64,000 nt of DNA from Octopus sinensis (taxonomy: Eukaryota), in contig NC_042999.1 in assembly GCF_006345805.1 (NCBI RefSeq), positions 47,926,001 to 47,990,000 of the forward strand. Reading direction: 5' to 3'. Below the pieces are notes generated by a model, which was not told where the DNA came from, did not search any database, and worked only from the letters and a program-made list of their open reading frames with translations. The stretch's first letter is position 1. The number at the start of each line of letters is the position of its first letter. Below, one piece after another: positions 40,560 to 53,514 of the stretch. A program made the position numbers and the translations under genes.

Positions 40560-41390
40560 TTAGCTGATGAAAGAAAAACTAAGAAGAGAGACCGAAATCA
40601 CTGCAGTGGTAGCGCAAGACCAAGATTTCGCCACGAATTTGAGAGTTAACCTTAGGAAAGAGCAAGAGTCTCCTCTGTGCAGCTTCTGCATTAGAGTGGA
40701 TGAAACCATTGCTCATATCACGAACGAAAACCCAATACTTGCCGAAAACCATTACAAGTTGTGGCGACACTAGCAGGTAGCGAAAGTGCTACATTGGAAG
40801 CTGTGGGGGTAGAGAAAATCAAGACGGGATATGAACACAAACTGCAGGGATTGGAGGAATCGAAGACTAGTAATACCCAGTGTGATTTTCCAATCCAAAG
40901 AGATCAGGTGCTAGAGCGTAACAGACCGGAATTTGTGGTGGTGGACAAGGTGCACTACATCTGCTATATAGTTGATATTGCAAGCCTCTTTGACCCACGA
41001 ATTGTCATCAGAGAAGATGAAAAAATACATAAATCCAACCATCTTAATAGCACGGCTATGGAAAATGAAGGGGGTGAAGATTGTGCTACTTATCGTTAGG
41101 TCTTTGGGAACAGTATCAGAAGTCATGAAGAGGAATATAAAGGACATTGGGATAGGATGCCCAGTAGAAGTGTTACAAAAGTTTTCCTGCCTTGACACGG
41201 CCAGAATAATCGGGCAAGTATTAGATAGCTGAAAGGAACATATAGCATAGTACCGTAGCCTGCTGCTAGCAAGCTTCCTACGCATGCAAGACTCCAAATA
41301 CTCCAAAAATATCTATAATAAAAATATTAATAACAACAACAACAGCAACAACAACAATAATGATAATAATAATAATAATAATAATAAACC
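40560..41390 (+). mobile_element. R4/Dong-like non-LTR retrotransposon 3' end (#2): CCHC + RLE endonuclease, (TAA/CAA)n tail
   Basis: VAQDQ...PLCSFCIRVDETIAHI...LAENHYKLWRH (decayed CCHC); RPEFVVVDK...IVDIASLFDPRIVIREDEKI; RLWKMKGVKIVLLIVRSLGTV...LQKFSCLDTARIIGQVLDS*; then a repeat tail. Confidence 0.85.
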
Positions 41391-41394
41391 CTAT

Positions 41395-41880
41395 GCGATG
41401 CAATGATTCAGTACCATCACCTTGCCAGACATCGGAAACCGGACATTACAATGGTGAATAAAAACGAAAGAAAATACATGATAATTGACATAGCATTTCC
41501 CGAAGAGAGCAGTATCAATGAGAAAGAAAAATAAAAATAAACAACTATGAAGATTTTTGAAGTGGAAAATACGAAGGTTGTGGTCAATGAGGAGAGTAGA
41601 CGTGAAACCAATAGTAATTGGTATCAATTGGAAACGATAGTAATAGACGTACTTGGAAAGATCAGCACTCAGCTACCGACATAGCTGAAGAAGATTAGTG
41701 CAAGTGTGAAGGTAGAATACTTATAAAAATCAGCATTGCTTGAAACTGCAAGAATTCTTCGCAGGTATCTTGAAGCATTGCCAATAAACAAGTGTCACCG
41801 GATTCTGCTGGCTGTGGACAGCTGACACTTTCCATCGCACTCAGCAAAATAGGGATTAAGTTTTCATCACATGATAACGA
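41395..41880 (+). mobile_element. R4/Dong-like LINE 3' end (#3), different subfamily, followed by (TAA)n
   Basis: HRKPDITMVNKNERKYMIIDIAFPEESSINEKEK (PD..D motif) ... KSALLETARILRRYLEA; tail 41875-41950. Confidence 0.85.
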
Positions 41881-41891
41881 TAATAATAATA

Positions 41892-41950
<59 letters not shown>

Positions 41951-42039
41951 TAATATGCTGAAGAAGAAGAAGAAGGGGGTGGAGGAAAAGAAGAAGAAGA
42001 AGGAGGAGGAGAAGAAGAAGAGGAACAATAAAAATAATA

Positions 42040-42457
42040 TATCTGTCAAGACTTACCAAAAACTGAGCAAGTGTAAAGATCTTGGAAGTTGGGAAAATGT
42101 AGAACCTGAAGTCTAAAACAATACCTGTTTTTATTGGTGCCCTAGGGATGATAGAAAAGTTGGTTGATTGCTACTTAGCTCAAATATCAGGAAACCCCAA
42201 AACGGCAGAAATTCAAAGGATAGTGCTCGTGAGAACTCCCCATATCCTACATAAAATGCTGTCATTGTAATCTCAAATTTTAAAACAAATTCATAATTCT
42301 CTTATGTGTTCTTAAACATTCTCTAGAACAATACAATGCGTAAAACGAAATATATGATTCCCTAGGCGTGACACCAACATAAACTTCTAACTTGTCTCTT
42401 GCGTTCTCTGGGTGAGTCTTGCAGCCAACTTGAACAAATACAAAACAAAAGTTAAAC

Positions 42458-42467
<10 letters not shown>
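42040..42467 (+). mobile_element. R4/Dong-like LINE 3' end (#4), third subfamily, followed by (TAA)n(GAA)n
   Basis: VKTYQKLSKCKDL...KSKTIPVFIGALGMIEK...YLAQISGNPKTAEIQRIVLVRTPHIL, then 3' UTR and (TAA)n. Confidence 0.8.
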
Positions 42468-42530
<63 letters not shown>

Positions 42531-42567
42531 AAGAAGAAGAAGAAGAAGAAAAATAATAAAAATAGTG

Positions 42568-43135
42568 ATAAAATGCGCTGATGCAGTACAGAGACACTGG
42601 TTCTCATGGCTTCTGATCTTGACTGAAAGGATGTGCTATCATGTAAATTGTTTTGTCTTGCTATAAAATATGGGCTACAGCAAATATTCTGTTCAATACC
42701 ACATATTTGCTCGTCAATTGTTTGACCTTAACCAGTTGAGCATGTCCCTTAGTGGCTGACGATATGTGCATCTCTGATCACGAGCAGAAGTAGTGGGGGA
42801 GCATCATAGCCATGTGTTGAAAGGGATCCTTTTGGCTTTGAATAATTCACCTTTGGAAACATGGGTGCTTCGTTCAATATCCTTAAACAACCCTTATTCA
42901 GGGACATTTTGAGCGGGATGGGGCTACTCGACCAGAAGAAAATTCTAACTGGGCCCCCACCTACAAGGTCATCTGCTGTTTATCTTGATATGAGATCACC
43001 ATGTCGCGCATATGTGGATGTGATGCATGTGCCAGGTGTAACATTTTCAGACAGGTCGTCATGATGGGTATACTGGGCTTTGTATATTTTACCTCAGTGT
43101 CACTTTGATGGCATACACTGCTCTCTCACTCAATA
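42568..43135 (+). mobile_element. Non-coding ~570-bp interspersed element embedded in (TAA)n on both sides
   Basis: Complex, GC-richer sequence (aaatgcgctgatgcagtac...ctgctctctcactc) flanked by TAA tracts, with no RLE/RT motifs. It resembles an abundant octopus repeat as recalled from memory. Confidence 0.6.
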
Positions 43136-43217
43136 ATAATAGTGATGATGATGATGATGATGATAATAATAATAATAATAATTATTATTATTATTACTAT
43201 TATGGTTATTATTATTA

Positions 43218-43259
<42 letters not shown>

Positions 43260-43270
43260 CATTATTATTA

Positions 43271-43313
<43 letters not shown>

Positions 43314-43406
43314 CATTATTAGTATCATTATTATTATTATTATTGTTATTATTATTAATATTAATATTACTATTATTATATGTTTGATTTTTGTTTTGTA
43401 TTTATA

Positions 43407-43450
<44 letters not shown>
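43136..43450. repeat. Mosaic trinucleotide tract with strand switches: (GAT)(AAT) to (ATT)n to (TAA)n
   Basis: Directly visible; switch points near 43180 and 43405. Confidence 0.95.
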
Positions 43451-43451
<1 letters not shown>

Positions 43452-44549
43452 TTCGCTTGTGAAGTTGAGTGGAAGGAAGAAGAGCATGACCTGTATAGAG
43501 AGAGTTTTGAAGTGCACAATAGAAACATGATAACTATATGAAATTTAGACGCTAAAGTAACTAAAATGGGAAAGTGTATGCAGAAATTTTGAAAACTACT
43601 GAATAGTAAGTTAGTTTAAAGCTAACCATATTTTATGAAATTTTCTTCTATCTAACATATTTTCTATTTGAAATCCGCATACTATCAGCACACATGAATT
43701 GACATAATTTGCTTTATGTTAATAGTTGACATTGTATGAATGAATACGTTAACATAAAAATGGAAACAAGTTAACATCTGCCTAACTTTCTACATCCAAA
43801 GTAAAACTTTCCTATAATCTTTGTCTCCTTATTTCACTCTCACTCTGGCTCTCGCCATATCTCTCTTTCTGATTCTCACATTTCTTGATGTGTATATACT
43901 TCTTTTAGTCTTCCATCAAAACCGCTACTGAGATGAAGCATCGGCGTAATGTCACAGTAGATATGACCTATATGGGGCTTGACTTCAAATGTCTTCTGAG
44001 GCAATTGCAAAATAACCTCATATGTACGAGACATAGCACGTTTTTTGAAGTTACAAATCAAGGATAAAAACAAACATAAATGCATTTTGGTGACCACCTG
44101 ACAAGCATTTGTTCTTGATCACACAACCCCACATATACATACACACACAAGCTCACAGACACATACCACACAAACGCACACACACACACTCACATACACA
44201 CGAACACACACGCACACGCGTACACAGGCATATGGATGCGTAGGTTTATGAATGTGTATGTATATGACAGGTATAGACATGCAAATATATGTATGCGATT
44301 TTCTTTGTGTTCCTTTACCATTTATGCATTGCATCTGCCTGCACATAGTGAATGTGACTAATATTTCGGAAAATAAAGTATTTCATACCTTATAAATATT
44401 GGAGCAAATGCTGAAGCATTTGGTATATCATAATATTTTAAATTCACTCTTTGTCCTACTTACATATATCTATTCTTACTTATTGGCAAAAATACACACA
44501 TACGAACACGTATATAGGCAAGCATACATAGAGACACATATACACATAC

Positions 44550-44602
<53 letters not shown>

Positions 44603-44609
44603 CACCATA

Positions 44610-44905
44610 CAACATTACGCATCACATCACAACACACCACCCACACACCCACAGCGCACTACCCACACACCCATCCCCACATCTTTACACCTACACCTAC
44701 ATACACATAGCACATCACAACCCACCACCCACACACCCATCCCCACATCTTTACACCTAGACATACATACACATAGCACATCACAACACACCACCCACAC
44801 ACCCATCCACACATCTCCACACCCACACATACATACAGACACACGACCAGACCACCAGCCCTCTTTCACACGCACATACATACTCTCTTATACACACACG
44901 CACCT
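44610..44905 (+). repeat. CA-rich minisatellite (~65-bp imperfect units), resembling the PLE 3' region at 53515-53670
   Basis: acatcacaac.caccacccacacacccatcc.cacatct.tacacc...acatacacatagc repeated about three times, ending gaccaccagccctctttcacacgcac...acacgcacctt as at 53600-53665. Confidence 0.7.
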
Positions 44906-45039
44906 TTGTGTTGGGTGCACTTTCGTATTGGAAGTCACTTTACCCTGTTATCACCCCTACTGTCCCTCTCGCATCTGACCGATGAATTGCAGGTGAGCAA
45001 CAAGATGCAAGGGGAAAGAATGAGAGCGATTTGTGGCGA

Positions 45040-45117
45040 AAGAGTCAGCAGAATTCGCAATTCTGAAATTCGAACCTGTGGGTCCGCTGTTCTATACACT
45101 AGGCCATGTGCCTCCAC
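45040..45117 (-). mobile_element. tRNA-derived SINE head
   Basis: Reverse complement ggaggcacatggcctagtgtatagaacagcggacccacaggttcgaatttc (A and B boxes) next to (TA)n. Confidence 0.6.
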
Positions 45118-45231
<114 letters not shown>

Positions 45232-45796
45232 AGGTACCTTATAAGAACGCTCACACATATTTTATGTAGATGTACATGTGTGTGTATGGAGATAAAGTGA
45301 TTGTTCTTATTAACTGTATAATGAAGACGATACTTAAAATGCGAAGACAGATGGCTATTTTATTGTTACAGTGACATTTCTATTGGGAGAGTTTACGTAT
45401 GAATACTTGTGTGATGATATAAGTTCCGCGAAACACTACATGCAAGTGGATCATTTTTGAAAAAGTTATCATGTCTCAGTAAATAGAAATAGCTAACTAC
45501 TCGTGCAAAATATATATTCATAAATCGAACAAAGGAATGTTCAGGACAGACACGAATAATCTAAAAATATTTTGACAAAGCATAATTCTTTTCTATGACG
45601 AACAATGAAACGTAAATATGAGAAGTCACGGACCGTCAAGGTAGGAATACTACTTGTTTTATATATACCGTTCTTGTATGCCTAATGTACAGTTTCACAC
45701 GTGATGTAACATAAGTCGTTTAATCAAGATATCATTCGTAGATGTCTTACAACTGAGGTTATATATATATGTATATATACATACACACACACACAT

Positions 45797-45834
<38 letters not shown>

Positions 45835-46964
45835 CTGTGTATGTATGTATCAACGTATGTACACACACACACATATATATATATGTATATAAATTTATAT
45901 ATATATATATATTATATATATATATATATGTATACACACACTCATACATTCTATTTTGGGGAATTAGTTTACGTAAAGTATGAAGCCATAAATCATAGCA
46001 TGTAAGTGTTGGGTATTTAAAAGATCCCTTGTCGTTAGAGAAAGTTGAATATTGTCTGACATGTCTACAGGAAATGTGGTTTTGTGCTCCATGGGAGGCC
46101 TCAACTTTCCCTATTCAAGAAGCTGTTTTTAACTTGAAATTTACATGCTAGTATATATAGTTATATATGTACTGAGAGAACCAATTGCCAACATGACTTA
46201 TTTCACGTTCTCTCAAATATTTATACATTGTTACGACATTACATCTTTGCATTACATACATACGTACATACATACTTATATACAGACATACATACTTACA
46301 TATATACGTACACACATCGAATCATGAACGCATGCACAAATACATAAACACGCATGTACGTGAGAACGTGGGAGCGTAAGAACTTCTACATTCCTGTAGT
46401 ACTTTCACTATTGTGACTAATCGTACAATTTTGGTACAATTTTAGTAATTTTCAAAGCACGAGTAAGTCGATAATATGGATACAATTGTTCTACTATAAA
46501 TTATTTTATCGCAGCCTAATAGATGAAAGGCGATATGCACCTCACCGGGATATGAACACAAAAGGCATGGAGCAGAAGAAAAAAGCGGCTAAGCATCTGT
46601 CTGGTGTGTTATCGATTTTGACAGCTCAGCGACTTTGCTTGTAACGTTTATATTCAGTTTTACACTACGAAATACAGATTTCGCTAGAAATTTATTCCCC
46701 TCCCTCCACAAAAAATAAGAAAAGCACTTTCACGTTTTTCACTATTATTTTAATTATCTATACTCAAATTAATTCCAAGTGACACCAATATATAAACATA
46801 TTTGAAAGTTCAAGAAACCTAGTGATTTTAGATATTATTGATATATTTAAAGAGAATTTCGAATTATGTAAAAAGCAATACGTTCAATCGAACAAATATC
46901 TGCAAAAATAGCATGACTACGTTTGGAAAACTTTCTTGCCTATGTTTTTCAAATATCTTTTCAG

Positions 46965-47050
46965 ATTTAGGTATCCAACCATTTCTACACCAAAATTTGG
47001 ATACAATGGTGTCACATGGATATGAAGAAAATTCGGCTTTTCATGAATGA
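46965..47050 (+). other. Candidate 86-nt exon (unidentified host transcript)
   Basis: Pyrimidine tract + TTTTCAG|A acceptor and GA|GTAAGT donor. One frame reads DLGIQPFLHQNLDTMVSHGYEENSAFHE* with the stop at the exon end. No recognisable homology. Confidence 0.25.
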
Positions 47051-49965
47051 GTAAGTACATCTTACACTTTCTAATTTATAAACAGAAAGATCTATTTCGA
47101 TCGACCGATTACATAAATAATCGTGCTGTACTCTATGACCATGATGTACTTATCAAATAGCTACTTATTCAATGTACAATTCCATAATTCCCGACGTGGT
47201 AGGTTTGGTTACTATTTACGCAGGTACTTGTTATAGGAACACTGTCCACTTCTAACTGTAGAGAGCCCTGTTCAAGTTGTTCTGTATATGACTGCTCGAC
47301 TTTCAACTGCTTTACTGCATTGAAGGATTCGATGTTGAGAGATATTAGGTTAGGCCTTAAGAGGAGATTTAGCAGAGAAAATCCAATTAAAATGCTTTCA
47401 GGAATGATCTAAATGCTTCTATGCTAGAAATTCACTGTATACTTTATTAATAATTACCACTGCATAAAATTTCATTTACATAATCATGAGGATGATGTAT
47501 AAAAGATAAATCTGTTTTGATACTAAATTCTAATTATTTTATTAAGTGGCAGCTTCGTAACTATTTGATGTATTTTGTATTTTGAATTATCCAACTACAT
47601 ATTCCAGCTGAGAAAATTAGTTAACTTACGAGTCAGCTGTAAATTGAATAGAAAGTTTATTTTGCTTTTTATGCAAGTCTGAAGAAATTTGCTGAAGTTA
47701 ACGTAAAAAGACTTGTGTAATATTGATTTATTTACAGTAAAAAGACTGAATCCCCTGGCATCATCCAAATGATATTATTCATTCTAGCATATATAAGTGT
47801 GTGCGTGTGTGTGTATGTGTGTGTATCTGTGTATTGGTATGTGTGTGACGTGTGTGACTGTATTTATATAAGTTTGTGTATGAAATAACAGCAAGAAATT
47901 CACCATGAGTATTTGATAATAATAATAAGAAGAATTTCATTTCTTGAAATAGATATATTCAAAATTTAATTTTGGTACAGTTAATGTTTGTTATCCGCAA
48001 CAAAAGATATATGTAATATCAATCCTGTTTACTGTTCTCAAAGTCGACGCAAAACCGCATTTCTCGCCCCCTCTCTCTCTTTGAACATGTGTGTGCGTGT
48101 GTGTGTACGCGCGTGCGTGAATGTGTTGCTTTTCGTTTTTATGTCGTTTTAATAAAAACGACTTTACATTAAAGGCAAGGATTCCTCAATATTCATTCTA
48201 GAGTACGTGTTTATTGTTCTCTTACAATATCCCTAACAGTGACTTCACATTCTTAGTCTACATAACTTCCCGTGAACTGCGGTCCATTCTATGTCATCTT
48301 GCCTTTCTAGAGTCTCTGCTAAGTTATTTCTGTTGGGTGAGAAGGGCTCTTTTGAATGATAATAACAGCGTACAGCGACTTTTGATAATCAGATTCTATA
48401 GAAGATTTTTTATTCATGAAAGCTAGTTGTGCAATTGGTCACATTCCTCTCATGATTGTAAATGTTTATAATCAGGTGTAGCTATAGGTGTGTAAGCTTC
48501 AGGCCTCGATGGCAGCATTTGAGATTTCACAAAATAATATATGTAGGCGAATTGAGTAGTTGGTCAGCAGATATGTAACTTAGCATAGTTGTAATTGATT
48601 ATATACGTTCGGAAAACTTTCTTGCCTGTCTTCCTAATATCCTTTCACATTTAGTTATCTAACAAATTGAAGATTTCACCTGCTTGTACTAGGAAGATAG
48701 AGGTTCTTGTTCAGAGTTCAGTCTAACATGAAAAACATTCCAAGTAGATGCTTTAGGCCATGTATCATAACAATTTTGTTATCCTGTGTTTTGAGGTTTC
48801 ACAAAATAAAAGTATGCAAGTATGCGATTAAGAGTTATCATCATTTATTATCGCTTATGTTTGGAAACAAAGATATACATTTGACTGGATTACTAACCAA
48901 CCAAACAACCAACCAAAAAGCCAAGCAACCAACCAGCCCATAGTTTATATTTATTTACATCTTAATAGAGTAGGGAAATTAGAAATGATTGTTAGTGTGT
49001 TTTGGATTCGAGTTCATTGCTTTGAGCTGATGAATGTTCCCTTAGCAGAAAAATTAATTACCCGTCTATACGAACGACTAGAACTCGAATTCGGTTTTAC
49101 TCCGTAACAGATAAAATAGGGCTCAATGAATAACATATTCCTATATATACTGTTCCTAAAATAAAACAAACGTGGTCATGGACACAAAGTCAATGATCAG
49201 AGTTCTCTCGAAATAGTATGCCAACGATATTAATTTCAGCTACTTTGTTAAACTTCAGGTGAACTTAATTATTGAAAACTGTCATAATATTTCACAATAA
49301 TTCAACAACTGTAGTCTATAATTAAAAAATAAAAACGTGTCGGATGTAATAATTCAATACGATAAAATCACTATTACTTTAAAGTCCTGAACAATTATAA
49401 AAATATAAACACTTACTATTTCTAAATATTTCCTAGACGGTCCTTACACAATGAAAATTAAAACATCACAACAATTACAACGGAAATTGCATTGAAACTA
49501 TTAAGATAAACAGCACTGTATCTCCGCCTGTTTATCGAGATTGAGTAAAACTTTCGAAATCCTTGTGTATCTCACAAAAATGTTTCGTGTTTTGGGACAT
49601 TATTTATAGGCAATAAATTTGAATCTTTGGAAGTTGTCCTCAAGAAGTTTACGGGATGAATTATACTCAGCATAACAAAAGACAAAATTATAAATTATCC
49701 AAGAGCTTCTAATCTTGGCAGTATTCACAAGTTCAAAATATTTCTAACACTCTACAATGATTTATGAGAAGTATAAACAGAAAGAATTAGTTGAGAATAT
49801 TTATTTAATCCCTTGGGTTAAAACATCCATAATAATGCGACCACAAAAAAGCCGACCAATATGTTACGACTATATACAATCTGAAAATTACAAAGGAAAA
49901 AATTGTAAAGCCAAAAAATGTGGATCATAATGATATAACTAAAATGAAAAATCAAAGCTAGCATT

Positions 49966-50019
<54 letters not shown>

Positions 50020-50087
50020 ATATATAATATATACTTTCTTTAATACATCCAAGGCACATACAACCCCCACATTCATATCTCTATCTG

Positions 50088-50169
<82 letters not shown>

Positions 50170-50226
50170 AGATTGTCTGATCTCTTTCTGTGTAACTCTC
50201 TCTCCCTCTCTCATGCTCGTTCTCTT

Positions 50227-50269
<43 letters not shown>

Positions 50270-50464
50270 GTCTCATATACGTAGGCACACAAATATATAT
50301 AATGTGTGAGTCTTTGTGACTGCGTGCCTGTGCGTGACTCTGTGTGTGCACGTCTGTGCGTGTCTCATGCATAACATATATATCAAGAAGCATCTATCCG
50401 TCTATCTATATATCTATCTATCTATCTGTTTGTCTATCTATCTATGTATCCATCCATCTCTCTT

Positions 50465-50554
<90 letters not shown>

Positions 50555-50569
50555 CATATATATATTTAT

Positions 50570-50628
<59 letters not shown>

Positions 50629-50650
50629 CACATATTCGTATATATATATA

Positions 50651-52713
50651 CGAAACACACCGCTTGAGCAATTTCCTGGACATCCTCTTGAAACCTTTCC
50701 TTAGTCACATCAAAGTTTCATTAGAGATGATCTTGACATGCTCAAGCACCTCCCGAAAGCAACTAATGAGGAGGCATTTTTGCTGTCCTTAGATGTCATC
50801 AAGCTCTACACCAACATCCCACATGAATAGAGTATTGAAGCAATTGATGTCTGGCTAGAGAAACAGCGAGAGGCATTCCCTGACCGTATTAACAAGACCT
50901 TCAGTACGGAATCACTCAAGTTCATTCTGACAAACAATTATTTCCTCTTCGGAAACACACACTACCGTCAAAAACGTGGTATTGCATGGGTACCAAAGCT
51001 GCATCAGTCCTTGCGAACCTCATAATTGGTTTCTTCGAACTATGACTCAATGAGATATCACGCCAGAAATGTGGACACCTTTTCCACATCTGCTTAATAG
51101 AAAACTGGAAAAGATACTTAGATGATTGATCCATCATATGGAAAGAATCTGATGAAAAGCTTCTGGAATTCAAAACCACACTGAACAACATACATCCCAA
51201 CATTCAATTCACTATGGAATTCAGCAAACATCATCTCCCTTTCCTTGATCTCCTAATTATAAAAACACCTAACAACCAAATCACAACAGACATCTATCAC
51301 AAACCTACAGACTCACAACAAAACCTCCTCTTCAGTTCATGCCACCCTAAACACACCAAGATAAATATCCCTTTCAACGTAGCTAAAAGGGTATGCAGCA
51401 TTGTCTCGGATCCCAAAACTCGAGAAATACGCCTTCAAGACATCATAAAAAATACTATTACAACGCCAATATCCCTCCACACTCATAGACTATGGAATAA
51501 AACCTGCCAAAGAACTATACATTAAATAAACTGAAAACCACCGAACACAGTAAAACACACAACCCCAAAATACTTCCATACATTTCCACCCACAACCCCC
51601 AAAATTATCGAAACATACACCACAATTATACAAAACCTCCCCTTACTGTCCACAAACCTCAAAATGAATAATATTATCAATACACATACAATCCTTAAAT
51701 GCAAAAGGCAACATAAATATTTGAAAAAAACTCTTTAAAAATGCCAAATTTCACACACCACATCCACCCCCATCAATTAAAGAATGTGCACACCCTAACT
51801 ATGGTACCTGCATCCTCCTAGTTGAAGGCTCTGAATTTACTTTCAAACAAGATTAAAATCAAGATTAACTTCTCCGGTTCCTCCGAGAACCTCATCTACG
51901 TTCTTACATACGCCGGTTGCCAACACAATTATGTTGGAGAAATGAGCCTTCGTTTACGTAGAAGAGTAGCGGTCCGTAAAGAATAGATACATCTCCCACA
52001 ATACCCTCAAATTCCACTAAGTAGCCACATAGACTCTTGCGCTAGAGACAAAAATCCTAAATTTCACATATTCCCTTTCTACCTATGTAAAGACGGAATC
52101 TCTACACAAGAAGGAATCAACGAGGAGAATCTTTTTATTGAAAAATTCCAAACGCATCATAATATGCAAGCTCCACGATAACTATACTACTTTTTCTAGC
52201 ATAATATCTGACAAAAAATTGATACGGGCATCCGCTTTGACAAAAAATCCATCATTCCAATTAAAGAGCATAAAATCCGCAGGGTTGGCTCCCCTTACTC
52301 ACAGGAACTTGGTAACTCCTACACCATTTACTGTTTTGACACACATTTACCAAGCGCTTTAAACCAAGCACTACTTTTAAGCACGTGTATTGTAATCCTC
52401 CAAAGAAATTTTTCCAAGGACTACTATTGACCTCTAAAAGCATAAAGACTCTACGATGTATTGGTATACTTCTTTATTAACTTTTGTATATATGTATTGT
52501 TATTTTTTTGAAAAAAAAAACATTGTAAATTTCTCTTTTGCTCTTCCTCAATTTAAAAAAAAAATTATTTTCCCCTTCCAAATCTTGAAAATTTGCCTTG
52601 CCATGGAAACCGATTTGATTTATTATTTTTTCCTTTTTAATTTTCACTACACCCATTTTTATTAAAATTTGCATTCAATTTAGCATTCTGCCTTATAATT
52701 TTTCCTCTCCTAT
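50651..52713 (+). mobile_element. 5'-truncated Penelope-like retroelement: RT + GIY-YIG pseudogene + 3' pLTR region
   Basis: [15 protein letters not shown]...LSLDVIKLYTNIPH...KRGIAMGTKAASVLANL...WKRYLDD...IHPNIQFTME...LPFLDL...TDIYHKPTDSQQ...SSCHPKH (PLE RT); NLIYVLTYAGCQHNYVGE...NLFIEKF (GIY-YIG). Stops and frameshifts present. Flanked by ATATTCGTATATATATA direct repeats. Confidence 0.92.
52580..52622 (+). ncRNA. Degenerate hammerhead-like motif with UUGAAAA core in the PLE 3' region
   Basis: AAAUC UUGAAAA u-UUGC-cuu-GCCA-ug GAA ACCGAU uu GAUUU. Same core and an ACCG(G/A)U stem III as 58556-58595, but stems are imperfect. Confidence 0.4.
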
Positions 52714-52793
52714 ATATTCGTATATATATACACACACACACACACACAAACATATATATATATAATATATTCGTATATATTTATATATATATA

Positions 52794-52843
<50 letters not shown>

Positions 52844-53059
52844 TTTAAGCCGGTTTCTGTGTGTGCGTGTGTGCCCAACGTCTTTTTCTCAGCGGCACCT
52901 CGAAACTATCGTCCTTTAACACTAAAATTCATGTGACACATCATGGGTTGTAAAACCTAGAAGCTTATAAATAAATGCACTATATCTTAAATGGTTTCTA
53001 CATTTAACTAGCTATTTTATTTTTAACAACGCGGTAGTGTGTTCTCCAGTCTTATTTTC

Positions 53060-53510
53060 ACGCGTAATCTTGTGCAACAAACATGATGTGTGGATTCTGA
53101 AGAAACGCAACGACATAACCCTCGATGCAATTGATATTCTAGCAACAACAAAACAAAACAAACCTGATTCAGCAGCGGTTCCGGAATTCAGACGCATCTT
53201 GCAGCTCCTCTTGCAAATCTCGAGAGGAAATCACTGTATGCCGGTTTTATCCTCCAAATCCTTCTCTCACAAGATGTGTCATATGAATTTAGGTGTTAAA
53301 GGACGTTAGTCGTTCCTATCTTCAAAAAGGGGAGTAGATCGCTCCCTGTAAACTACCGTCTAATCTCACTCACCTTACATATTATCAATGTATTTGAGAG
53401 CGTGTTGAGGTCAAGAATAACAGCCTTCCTAGAACAAAATCATCTCCTAAATTGTGACCAGTATGGCTTTCGATGTGGGAAGGACTGTCAAACACAGTTC
53501 CTCCACCATT
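53060..53510 (+). mobile_element. CR1/L2-like LINE reverse-transcriptase fragment
   Basis: DSAAVP...IFKKGSRSLPVNYRLISLT...FESVLRSRITAFLEQNHLLNCDQYGFR matches the KKG...NYRPISLT...QYGFR RT N-terminal motifs. Confidence 0.85.
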
Positions 53511-53514
53511 TTAC

